A stretch of DNA of 64,000 nt from positions 64,046,001-64,110,000 of the forward strand of contig OZ076409.1 in NCBI GenBank assembly GCA_964187785.1. The letters are read 5' to 3'. Each line of letters begins with the position of its first letter. Positions within the stretch are counted from its first letter, which is position 1. The notes below the pieces were generated by a model. It was given only the letters and a program-made list of their open reading frames with translations, did not search any database and had not been told where the DNA came from. The translations under genes and the position numbers were made by a program. The stretch is from Amphiscolops sp. MND2022. Its lineage: Eukaryota. This document shows positions 34,633-44,867 of this stretch, piece by piece.

Positions 34633-34642
34633 TTGGGCGCCA
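34633..34642 (-). promoter_or_regulatory. Primer-binding site TGGCGCCCAA (tRNA-Lys-like)
   Basis: 3 nt after the 5' LTR end; TGGCGCCCAA matches the start of the classical tRNA-Lys1,2 PBS. Confidence 0.7.
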
Positions 34643-34645
34643 CGT

Positions 34646-34891
34646 TGTTTCGCCTCGTTTGATATATTCGTATTGAAAAGAAATATTATTCTTCAAAGAG
34701 ATTAATTTCGGAACGGCAGAATAAAAACAACGAGTTCTTTGGTCAAGAATTGCAGAAATCACAACTTGTTTGATAACATTAATGACGGTTGATTAACTGC
34801 TAGCAAATTTCGGCAATGAAAACTAGAAAGTTTTTTGTTCACACGTTTCGACTTCCAAAAATCAAGCTATCATTGACTTGGAACTGAAACA
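34646..34891 (-). repeat. 5' LTR of the intact BEL/Pao element
   Basis: tgtttc...gaaaca termini; 246 bp. Confidence 0.95.
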
Positions 34892-34926
34892 CATAACAGA
34901 TCGAAAATGGGTGTATTGAGTTATTA
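34892..34926. repeat. 35-bp direct repeat, right copy
   Basis: Identical to 26894-26928. Confidence 0.95.
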
Positions 34927-34989
34927 TTTCGTGTGCCCTCCGTATGCCTGTGTGCGACCGAAACTCGTCGGGGCATGGACGGGATAAGC

Positions 34990-35800
34990 TCTACAAACAA
35001 CCTGGATCGATCAATTGCCCAGCCTCGATAATTGCCATTGTCTATTCGCGTAATTTGCAGGTTTTCTCTCTTGAATTCTGCGTTTCATCCATTCCCAGGC
35101 ATGCTTAATCGGATTATTACCAGGACTGAAAAGTGGCCACGACAAAACTGGTTTATTGTTCCGTGCCAAGAAAGGTTGTTGGCTTTGCACGATGAGCAAG
35201 TGCAATGTCATGTTAAAATCTGGAAAATCGAGGAAAAACGGCAGAGCTTCTCCCTCGATGACTTCTTGAATTTACTTTCTGCAACTACTAAAACCAGATT
35301 TGTTTCGTGGTTTTCGTGATATACCACATCAACTCATGAGTCCTTTTGTCTTGTATCGATCGTATTCCAAGATGTTTTTTCGATACATTCTTGATCCATT
35401 ACGTCATCAAATCAGTTGCCTTCTTGAGTCATCGTTCAGTCATCAGTGGAAAGCTCCTTTCACCATTCTGCTTCATTCCATTGCTGCTTAGTGCAGGCCC
35501 ATGCCAGGTGTGCATTTCTCCTCCGTCTGGTCAGAATCAGTCCCCTATATGGACGTCTACAACAAATTTTCGCTTTCTTTAGTATTCATTGGAGAGTTCG
35601 TGATGATAACCGATGTTGGCGTGCTGTCCAGCAGCAGGCAGAAAACTGTCTGAGAAATGGCGTCTCACAAAAGCACGTCGTTATCTGGCCGTTGTTGAAA
35701 AAGATCCTCTTCAAATTTTCTACTGATTTGGTTTGATCGAATTTTTTCAACCGCTGTATTGAACGGACAGAACAATGAAAATAATGAGGAAAAAACAAAA
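34990..35800 (-). pseudogene. Tc1/mariner-family DDE transposase relic
   Basis: WPLFSPGNNPIKHAWEWMKRRI (Tc1 WP..SPDLNPIE..W motif) and RRPYRGLILTRRRRNAHLAWA...W (Tc3-type HTH linker); many stops. Confidence 0.8.
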
Positions 35801-35968
35801 TTGACACCAGAAAAAAACAATTCGCATAATTTGCTTACATTCAATTTAAATTTACAGTCTTTTACAGCGGCGCCTCTAATGTCCGTATACATGTGTTGAT
35901 CAGTATCACATTTTTTTGCCCGTCGGCATAATGCCGGCTTTTTGAACAAGGCCAATTATCTCGTTCTG

Positions 35969-36802
35969 TTTTTAGTCGGCGCTTTTCTTTTAAGGAAAAG
36001 AGCACGACTATTACAGCGACTAGTTTTTTGTTAGCCTCACTCTGAACTGTCCACTTTTTGTGCACTGGAACTCTGGCACTGTGCACGTTTACTGTAAGTA
36101 CTTAGTACTTGATTTTGAAAGCATCCAGAGCCTCTTACATGCAATACAAAACCATTCCAAAGTAGAAGTCCCCCTTTCCACTGTTTTCGGCACTATGAGA
36201 CTTCCCCGTTTTTTCGACTTTGTGATTTTTTTCCGAGAATTTTTCAATGCCTCCAAAGTTACGCCTTGAATTTTTTTGATATTTTGCAACAGAATGTGAA
36301 CAATCCCAAAGGGTCCCCTTTTTAGATTTTTCGGCACTATGAGACTGTTCAAAATTCTCATTTTTTGTCTGATAGTAGCTTTCCCAGTTTGTATCCAATA
36401 ATGTTTTTGAATGCTATCCGAATATTGGAGGACGAGGTTCACAAATATTGCGCTATATCCGAATTTTTGACGTTATATCCCAACTATAATGCGTTTTACT
36501 AAGGAGGACGCGGAGGTTCAGAAACAAGCGCTCCCATTTGTCCCAGCACGCTATATCCGAACTTTTGTCGTTATATCCTAGGTAATTTGCGTTTTACTGA
36601 GGAGGCCTATGTTCGAAAAAAGCGCTCGCAATCCTCTGCACGCAATATCCCAACTTCCGACGCGTTTTCCGAGCACAAAAGGTACCCGTGTTTCAAAACG
36701 TTTTTCATCGAGTTGTTTAGAAATACGTCCTGGACATAATTTAAAATTTTTGCGTTTTTGAGCCTTAGCTATAGCGCCGACTTTAGACGTTCCTGTCTTG
36801 TT
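35969..36802 (+). mobile_element. DINE-1/HINE-like non-autonomous Helentron-type element, copy A
   Basis: 5' T-run plus AGTCGGCGCT; 3' inverted AGCGCCGACT followed by a stem-loop (agacgttcctgtct) and TGTT. Confidence 0.7.
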
Positions 36803-36810
36803 GTTATAGT

Positions 36811-37340
36811 CATGAGCAGCGATTTGACGCTAAACGCTAAAAGCGCCGCTTTGGCCTTAGCGAGGGATTACATTAGCGGAAATTAGTTAGCGTAATTCAT
36901 ATTATTTAGCGACCGCTTAGTGATGACGTTTTCCTATTGGTCAGTTTTCTAAAACAACGCTTTATTTTGCATCAAACATTACATATACATCTATTCGCCC
37001 ATGGATGATAGAATCGCCATTGAGTATTGGGCCTCGGTTAAAGAAGCAACCTGACAAGGCTCATCCAAGAAGTCCTCGCTGTACCTCCAAGTAATGCATC
37101 TGTGGAAAAGGTATTCTCAATTGCTGGGGATACAGCGTCCAAAACGATCTCGACTTTTTAGTGAAATGTTATCAGAATTGCTCATTATTGAATCTAATGT
37201 GATTTAAACTTTTCACTAAGGATTTTAATTAGCGTTAGCGATTAGCGACTGACAATTAGCGAAGTTAGCGATTAGCGATATGTTATTAGCGTTAGTTAGC
37301 GATTAGCGAAAAAAAATAGCGAGTCAAATCTTCGGTCATG
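36811..37340 (+). mobile_element. Internally deleted hAT derivative (530 bp) with a dimerisation-domain remnant and TTAGCG subterminal arrays
   Basis: Imperfect TIRs catga.....gatttgac. PPSNASVEKVFSIAG / KRSRLFSEMLSELL (frameshifted) at ~37084-37206. Many ttagcg/cgcta units near both ends. No TSD found. Confidence 0.7.
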
Positions 37341-37849
37341 AGTTCACAAAGATTCCTATCTTCGAATATAATGGGAAAACGTTCATATTCAATAGAATCA
37401 AACATCGAAAGGTTTTCATGTGGAATATTAGTGACTCAATTCCAGTAATAATCATCAAACGTGTTTTTTAGGTTCCCATACATGTAATGAAAATGACAGA
37501 TTTTTGGAGAACCTACATTTTTTGCCCTTAATTTACTACCAAAAGAGCTAGTTCTTCTTTTAAATGACTTATTAGCTAGCACCAGCTGCAGCAATGCGGC
37601 AGGTACTTGAATGGCAATTGTACAAACGTCAACGAGCTAATGAAGAAACGTCTAAAGTTATTTGACAACTTATATGTTGTCACTGCTACTCTTCATACCA
37701 TTGGATGCGTACAGACCAATAGGAGACTGGAGCATCGTGCGGCGGAAGTTACTCCTGGTCGATCTCGAGTGGTACGAATGACTGTGTCTGGTCTAAATTT
37801 GATCTTCGGATATCGTCCGACCGCGAGGCTAAATGGTGTCTGTTGACTG

Positions 37850-38460
37850 GCCTAAGGCAGGTTCTCTTAACGTCTCGGCCTCGGTCTGCGACCGTTCCGG
37901 TACGACTCCTGACCGTTAGGGTACGGTCTCCGAATTGACCTTCTTTACGGTGTTTCCTGTAATCCTTACAAACAAGGTTACTTTATCTGATAATAGGATT
38001 AGTTTTCTACAGTCGTTCCAATTTGTGTGAAAGATATGCGGTAACGTTGACACTTTTGCCTATATCTCCTTGCCAGAATTAGAACTAGTCGCAAGTTCTT
38101 TATGGTATGTATCTACATCATTTTCTTTCCCTTCCGGGTTAAAATTATAACAAATTAACACCTCACCAACTTCTCCCAGCTGCAGAGCTTCATTTGCGCG
38201 CGTACCATCTAATATTCGATCAATATCCGAGTCTGTCTGTCATTTCACCATGACGATTGTTACCGAGACAGTGCTGTCGTCCGAGCTGGCGATAGTTCCC
38301 AGTCAAGCAGTCGACGAACCTGTGTTTGACTGATTGCGGATCAGTCTCGGTATTCACCGACCGAAGGTTTCCTTCGTCAGAGTGGTAGTATCTGGACTCT
38401 CCGGTGTCGCTGGAGAAGGTTGACCTTTAACCATTTGTCGCAGGGGAGGTGAATGTTTCC
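37850..38460 (-). mobile_element. Possible truncated LTR-end, PBS and gag-leader fragment of a Gypsy-like element
   Basis: Minus strand cctgcgaca-aa-TGGTtaaagg at ~38424-38444 resembles the LTR/PBS junction of the 13-kb element; downstream is GC-richer degenerate coding-like sequence. Confidence 0.3.
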
Positions 38461-38731
38461 AGGCCTCTTAGACCGATAGGATCACGTAGATATTGGATTA
38501 CTGATTAGTTTTCTGCGTTTTGTTTCATCATCAGATGTAGTGAAGAAATGTTTGTTCATCAAACGGCAGTCTGTAATTTATTATCTTTAGCCCACATATA
38601 ATGGGGCAGGAAAATCATAATCTGTGTTGCGTTTTTTCCAAATTCTGCCAGATCTCCATCCACTATACTTGAGTATTTTAGTTACTTGACTATTTTAGTT
38701 ACTTGTTATTACATTTATTTAGTAAATTCTC

Positions 38732-38850
38732 GTCACCATGGTGCAGTTGGTCGTGCGTCTGCCTGGCAAACACGAGGTCGTGGGTTCGAACCCGTGCTAA
38801 TGCATTACATTTTCAGCGGGAAATATCCCGGTGCTTAGCGGGCGTCTTGT
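38732..38850 (+). mobile_element. tRNA-derived SINE-like repeat
   Basis: A-box-like TGGTGCAGTTGG and B-box GGTTCGAACC (38783-38792) at tRNA spacing, no complete cloverleaf, short tail ending gcgtcttgt. Confidence 0.65.
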
Positions 38851-39222
38851 AAGACTATGCACCTTAAAAATTAGATTTGTGGTACTTTCAAAGAGGTTTG
38901 AAAGATAAATACTAACTGCCTTTGCGACGTTTCTCTGCTTATTTGATTAACTGGAGCTAATCCGAACACTATCACCGGTACCACAGAATGAAATAAACCA
39001 GCAAGGCATCTGTATTTGTTGAAAAAACCCTCCGGTAGATTTTTAACAGAAACTAGTTGTGGGAAATTGCTGAATTATATTTCAGGCTTCCTATCGTAGT
39101 GTGGTTCGGAGCATGATTTTTGAGTGTTGTGTGGTCACCTCTTTCAACGTGCAGTCCAACGCTCACAGTCAACTCTAAGACTTTCTAAAGTTTTCGCCAC
39201 GTTTCGTAAACATTCGCAAGGC

Positions 39223-39777
39223 TTTTTAGTCGGCGCTTTTCTTAAGAAAAAAGCCCGACTATTACAGTCACTCGTTTTTTTTAGTCGGCGCTTTTCTTAA
39301 GAAAAGAGCCCGACTATTACAGTCACTCGTTTTTTTTCTTTTTTTTTTATTTAAGACAGACTCGAAGCGACGAACGTTAAAATTAACGTTCAACTACTAA
39401 ATACAGTACTACTAAAATACTGGCAGCGCATTTGAGATAGTGCAAAGGGTCCCCCCTTTCAGTAAGTCCATTTTTATCGTAAGATACAAAACAGGACGAG
39501 ACTATAGGGTCCCCCCTTTGAGTTTTTTCGGCACTGTGCGACTTTTTTTTCGAAATTTTTTTTTGTCCCTAAAGGGTCCCCCCTTCGAGTTTTTTTATAT
39601 TTTGCAACGGAATGTATGTTAATAAATCCAGAAGGATTCCCTTTTACATTTTTCGGCACTATGCGACTTTTTTTGAAAGAAAAAAATTTTTCAAAAATTT
39701 CAATTTTTTTCCAAAAATTTTTTTTGCGCTTTTTGAGCCTCAGATATGGCGCCGACTTTAGACGTTCCCGTCTTGTT
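39223..39777 (+). mobile_element. HINE-like element, copy B (5' unit present twice)
   Basis: ttttAGTCGGCGC ... GCGCCGACT, agacg-ttcc-cgtct hairpin, TGTTT. Confidence 0.72.
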
Positions 39778-39799
39778 TCAAAGTTTCAACACATCGTTC

Positions 39800-40478
39800 G
39801 ACAAGCTCGTTGGCTGTAAGAATATACCGTGATCCGCGTGTTATTGCAGAAACGTATTTTGAGGAACACTTTGAACGTGCTGCCGGTTAAGGTGGTTGCT
39901 TTGTCTGTTTCAATAGTAGTTTCAGTATGCTGTTTACTTGAATATTTTGTCCTGAAAATCAAACAGCCGTGCTACTGTCCGTTGTTAGCAAGCCATTGGC
40001 TGTGAGTAATTCGCTGAATCGGTCTATGATGAGTAGAATGTGAAAACAGTTGTTCTTCTCAATGACTGGTCGAATGAGATAAAAGTGGATTTCTTTGTAC
40101 ACAGAGCTTAAGGGTGGTATTTTATCATGGGCAGTACTAGGTAACTTGGGTTTAATGTTCTTACCGGAAAGCATGAATAGCACATCTTTTACGCACTTCT
40201 TCTGCCTTGCTACCTATAGTTTCGGCATCCAGAAGTGTCGGGATACCAAGGACACCTTGAAGATGGCCACGTGTCTTTGTGGAGTATGATTGCTTTTGTG
40301 GTCTTTAGATTCTTGGAACCATTATTGTTCTCTTAAAGTATCAAACAGTATCTACATGACAATTTGTTTCCGTACAGCCGGTACTTATCTGGTGTCGGGA
40401 TTTCCTGGTGCTTCTCAAAACACACCAGCGTCTTCGGTAAATTCGGGTCATTTACGATGTCTATCATTCAGAGTTGAA
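39800..40478 (-). pseudogene. Gypsy integrase relic (duplicated at ~41570-42248)
   Basis: KIPPLSSVYKEIHFYLIRPV...ILLIIDRFSELLTA resembles the rve N-terminal (D..GP...LV.IDRFS) segment. Confidence 0.6.
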
Positions 40479-40881
40479 GAAATATCCCGGTGCTTAGCGG
40501 GCGTCTTGTAAGACTATGCACCTTAAAAATTAGATTTGTGGTACTTTCAAAGAGGTTTGAAAGATAAATACTAACTGCCTTTGCGACGTTTCTCTGCTTA
40601 TTTGATTAACTGGAGCTAATCCGAACACTATCACCGGTACCACAGAATGAAATAAACCAGCAAGGCATCTGTATTTGTTGAAAAAACCCTCCGGTAGATT
40701 TTTAACAGAAACTAGTTGTGGGAAATTGCTGAATTATATTTCAGGCTTCCTATCGTAGTGTGGTTCGGAGCATGATTTTTGAGTGTTGTGTGGTCACCTC
40801 TTTCAACGTGCAGTCCAACGCTCACAGTCAACTCTAAGACTTTCTAAAGTTTTCGCCACGTTTCGTAAACATTCGCAAGGC

Positions 40882-41547
40882 TTTTTAGTCGGCGCTTTTC
40901 TTAAGAAAAAAGCCCGACTATTACAGTCACTCGTTTTTTTTAGTCGGCGCTTTTCTTAAGAAAAGAGCCCGACTATTACAGTCACTCGTTTTTTTTAGTC
41001 GGCGCTTTTCTTAAGAAAAGAGCCCGACTATTACAGTCACTCGTTTTTTTTTAGTCGGCGCTTTTCTTAAGAAAAGAGCCCGACTATTACAGTCACTCGT
41101 TTTTTTTCTTTTTTTTTATTTAAGACAGACTCGAAGCGACGAACGTTAAAATTAACGTTCAACTACTAAATACAGTACTACTAAAATACTGGCAGCGCAT
41201 TTGAGATAGTGCAAAGGGTCCCCCCTTTCAGTAAGTCCATTTTTATCGTAAGATACAAAACAGGACGAGACTATAGGGTCCCCCCTTTGAGTTTTTTCGG
41301 CACTGTGCGACTTTTTTTTCGAAAATTTTTTTTTGTCCCTAAAGGGTCCCCCCTTCGAGTTTTTTTATATTTTGCAACGGAATGTATGTTAATAAATCCA
41401 GAAGGATTCCCTTTTACATTTTTCGGCACTATGCGACTTTTTTTGAAAGAAAAAAATTTTTCAAAAATTTCAATTTTTTTCCAAAAATTTTTTTTGCGCT
41501 TTTTGAGCCTCAGATATGGCGCCGACTTTAGACGTTCCCGTCTTGTT
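40882..41547 (+). mobile_element. HINE-like element, copy C (5' unit present four times)
   Basis: Same structure as copy B, with four tandem ttttagtcggcgcttttcttaagaaa.gagcccgactattacagtcactcg units. Confidence 0.72.
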
Positions 41548-42249
41548 TCAAAGTTTCAACACATCGTTCGACAAGCTCGTTGGCTGTAAGAATATACCGT
41601 GATCCGCGTGTTATTGCAGAAACGTATTTTGAGGAACACTTTGAACGTGCTGCCGGTTAAGGTGGTTGCTTTGTCTGTTTCAATAGTAGTTTCAGTATGC
41701 TGTTTACTTGAATATTTTGTCCTGAAAATCAAACAGCCGTGCTACTGTCCGTTGTTAGCAAGCCATTGGCTGTGAGTAATTCGCTGAATCGGTCTATGAT
41801 GAGTAGAATGTGAAAACAGTTGTTCTTCTCAATGACTGGTCGAATGAAATAAAAGTGGATTTCTTTGTACACAGAGCTTAAGGGTGGTATTTTATCATGG
41901 GCAGTACTAGGTAACTTGGGTTTAATGTTCTTACCGGAAAGCATGAATAGCACATCTTTTACGCACTTCTTCTGCCTTGCTACCTATAGTTTCGGCATCC
42001 AGAAGTGTCGGGATACCAAGGACACCTTGAAGATGGCCACGTGTCTTTGTGGAGTATGATTGCTTTTGTGGTCTTTAGATTCTTGGAACCATTATTGTTC
42101 TCTTAAAATATCAAACAGTATCTACATGACAATTTGTTTCCGTACAGCCGGTACTTATCTGGTGTCGGGATTTCCTGGTGCTTCTCAAAACACACCAGCG
42201 TCTTCGGTAAATTCGGGTCATTTACGATGTCTATCATTCAGAGTTGAAG

Positions 42250-42780
42250 ATTGGTGGAAAACATCTTTTTAGTCTCTCTGACTTCGTTCTCGAAATCTCA
42301 ATCTTTGTTTCGTCTGCGTAGTTGCAGGGGGTATGTCCCATAAACTTAAAAGTTGGAAGTTCTTGAACCCCACTTCTAGTGCCCAGTTTACTGTTGGCAC
42401 GTTGAAAAAGTCTTGGTACTTTTCCTCTACCGGTACGGTTTGTTTGGAGGAGCCGGGTTGGTTGTATTGGACTGGCTCCACAACCGCGAGGTCGTTTGTA
42501 CCGTATATTGTGTCTACGATCCATTCTTTAACTTGCGGTTTTTTGTGTCTCGGCATTTTTCGCCTTTGTATTGGCTGTTGGTGTAACGGACCGATATGGT
42601 GGTTGCTGGGGTTGTTTGAAGGACGATCTGTCTAATGTCTTTATTGTTTCGAACAGTCTTGGTTCTATATTTTTCCGTTCCACGCAAAGCGATTTCGGTT
42701 CGTGGTATTTCTTCAACTTTCGTGTCGATAACTGGTAAGGTCCGATTTTGACGATGTTTCGCCATCTTGGCATTGGACCT
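42250..42780 (-). pseudogene. Probable Gypsy gag-region relic upstream of the integrase relic
   Basis: Overlapping minus-strand ORF fragments 42234-42773 with coding-like composition; no diagnostic motif. Confidence 0.35.
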
Positions 42781-42914
42781 TGCGTTTCCTCAATGTCAGC
42801 TGCTTCGAGACTATCGATGGCTTTTGGCGTCCAAAACTGTTAACTTTGCGTTTCCTCGATGTCAGCTGCTTCGAGACTATCGATGGCTTTTGGCGTCCAA
42901 AACTGTTAGCTTTG
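42780..42914. repeat. 66-bp tandem duplication (2 copies)
   Basis: ttgcgtttcctc(a/g)atgtcagctgcttcgagactatcgatggcttttggcgtccaaaactgtta repeated at 42780 and 42846. Confidence 0.9.
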
Positions 42915-43056
42915 CTTCAGCAGTGTTACAACTATACATCATGTTTGAATGGCAATCAAAGGCAATTTGTTTTAATCGTATCGTACCGTTGAATGCTTGT
43001 TTTCCGCGATTTGATTGGATAAGGTTGCTGGGTAATGGTAATGCGGGACTATGCTG

Positions 43057-43670
43057 TTTTTAGTCGGCGCTTCATGAAGTGAAACGCGACTATTATAGTG
43101 ACTCTTTTTTTTCTATCCACACGAACTGACCAAAATAGTTCTTAAAAGTTCTACAAAATATTATGGTGTCAAATTGCACCATTTGGCCTAGCGAACTGGA
43201 CCAAAATGGTTTTACCTGTTTTTCCGCGTAACATACCATACCGGGCGAGACCAAAGAGTCCCCCCTTTCAATTTTTTTTCGGCACTGCGAGACATTTTTT
43301 TTCGGATTTTTTTTCGAAATTTTTTTTCCTCAAAGGGTCTCCCTGCATCTTTTTGATGTTTTGCGACAGAATGGATGTTGGAAAATCCCAAAGGACTCCT
43401 CCTTTCAGTTTTTTTCGGCATTGTGAGATTTTTTCCCGAAAATAAAAAAAATATTTTTCTTCAATTTTTTCATGTTTTGCGACAGAATGGATGTTGAAAA
43501 ACCTCAAAGGGTCCCCCCTTCCAGTTTTTCGGCATTGTGAGACGTTAGCGCGCCAGGGGTAAAAAAATTTCGATTTTCGACTACTGTAAAAGAATACTTG
43601 ACACTTGGAAGTCTTTTTGCTATTTTTGAGCCTTGGATATGGCGCCGACTTGGGCCGGTCCCGGCTTGTT
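43057..43670 (+). mobile_element. HINE-like element, copy D (different subfamily)
   Basis: ttttAGTCGGCGC; 3' GCGCCGACT plus ggccg-gtcc-cggct hairpin and TGTT; internal direct repeats. Confidence 0.72.
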
Positions 43671-44867
43671 ATTTCTGCCATAGCAGGAATATTATTGGAA
43701 TCTCAAGAATTTAACTATTTTCTTCAGTACAATTCTTGTCGTGATACTGAAAAATTCAGATATTTTGTTCGGCAGTCAGTATAAGCGTGAGATTTAAATT
43801 TCCCAAGCTGCCGACAACAAATCGTTTCTCGTGCGATGGGACGAGCCAGTGGTAATTATGCATTCGTACGCCGAATTCATTGAGATGAAGAGAGCAATTG
43901 TTCGTAATTATGCTTTTGTACGCCGATTTACTGAGATGAAGCGAACGAGTGTTTATTTTTCGTTCGCCGAGAGCTTCGCCTGCATTCAAATGCGAAACTT
44001 CGTCTACGCTGAGTAGTTATATTTCCTTTAGTCCGAGAATTAAAGGCGGTGTAAATTGGTAGTGATTAATTGTGCGCTATGTAAATGATTAAGATATGCT
44101 TCTATTTTTGAAGATGAAAGCTTAAAAGCAGAAATAATACTGTGCCCCGCAGTGGCCTATTAATATCAAAATCGTTTTCATCCTTTTGTTCCGATTGTAA
44201 CTTCAGACTCCTGCTTAAATATTCCTGGTGTGATGAATGCTTACTTACCGGATATATGGTTTGCATAAATCGAGAAGTGTGCTAAGAGGTCTAAAAACCG
44301 TTAGGCGTGTACTGTAAGTCTAATGGGAGAAGTTTCGTTATTTTATTGGCTCGGTGAGTTTTATTGGTTTTCTGTATACATAGAGGCGGAAATATTCCAA
44401 TGTCCAGACGACTGCTAAATGATCGAGGCCCGTACATCTGGTTTTTGTCTGTCGAATGAAGATTTACTCGCCAAAATGACAAGTTTTAACTTGCTGTTGC
44501 TTTTTTTCTGCCATGGTGTACCTCTCAAGGCTTTCTGTTGTTCAGAGATTTCAGTAACTCTAGTTAGAAGAGGCCAATACGGTAATTTTTTTTAAACTTT
44601 CGGATGCCAACGTGTTCGATTGTTCCTTTGTATCCTTTTCTCAAGCTGTTTTATGTTTGAGGAAATTGTGGATGTATTCGGACAGATCCTGAACTGTCTC
44701 TAATATGATTTCATTTCATTCTCACTGTTCGATCGAGGGAGACTCTTGATTGCCAGTAGTTTATCTTGAAGTCCATTGCTGTTCTGGTCAGTTCTATGGC
44801 ATTTTCACTAGATTTGCGATTCGGACATTCACTTAGCCGGTGTCCGGCGTTTCCTAAGTTGAACGAC

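Larger units (their letters stand above)
26930..34891 (-). mobile_element. Young, intact BEL/Pao LTR retrotransposon (7962 bp) with an extra upstream ORF
   Basis: 246-bp LTRs identical except one terminal base, PBS, PPT, uninterrupted 2059-aa polyprotein. Confidence 0.97.
38820..42248. repeat. Tandem duplication: unit 1 38820-40478 (1659 bp), unit 2 40479-42248 (1770 bp)
   Basis: Near-identical units with a few substitutions seen by eye; the 111-bp length difference equals two extra ~55-bp HINE 5'-end units; GA microhomology at the junction. Confidence 0.93.

Noticed and set aside
38732-38805. Functional tRNA gene
   Set aside because: A and B boxes are present but acceptor and anticodon stems do not pair.
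39223-41100. CRISPR-like array
   Set aside because: Units are contiguous without unique spacers, there are no cas genes, and the context is eukaryotic.
43853-43950. Imperfect ~51-bp tandem duplication (gtaattatgc...gagatgaag)
   Set aside because: Two degenerate copies with no further structure.
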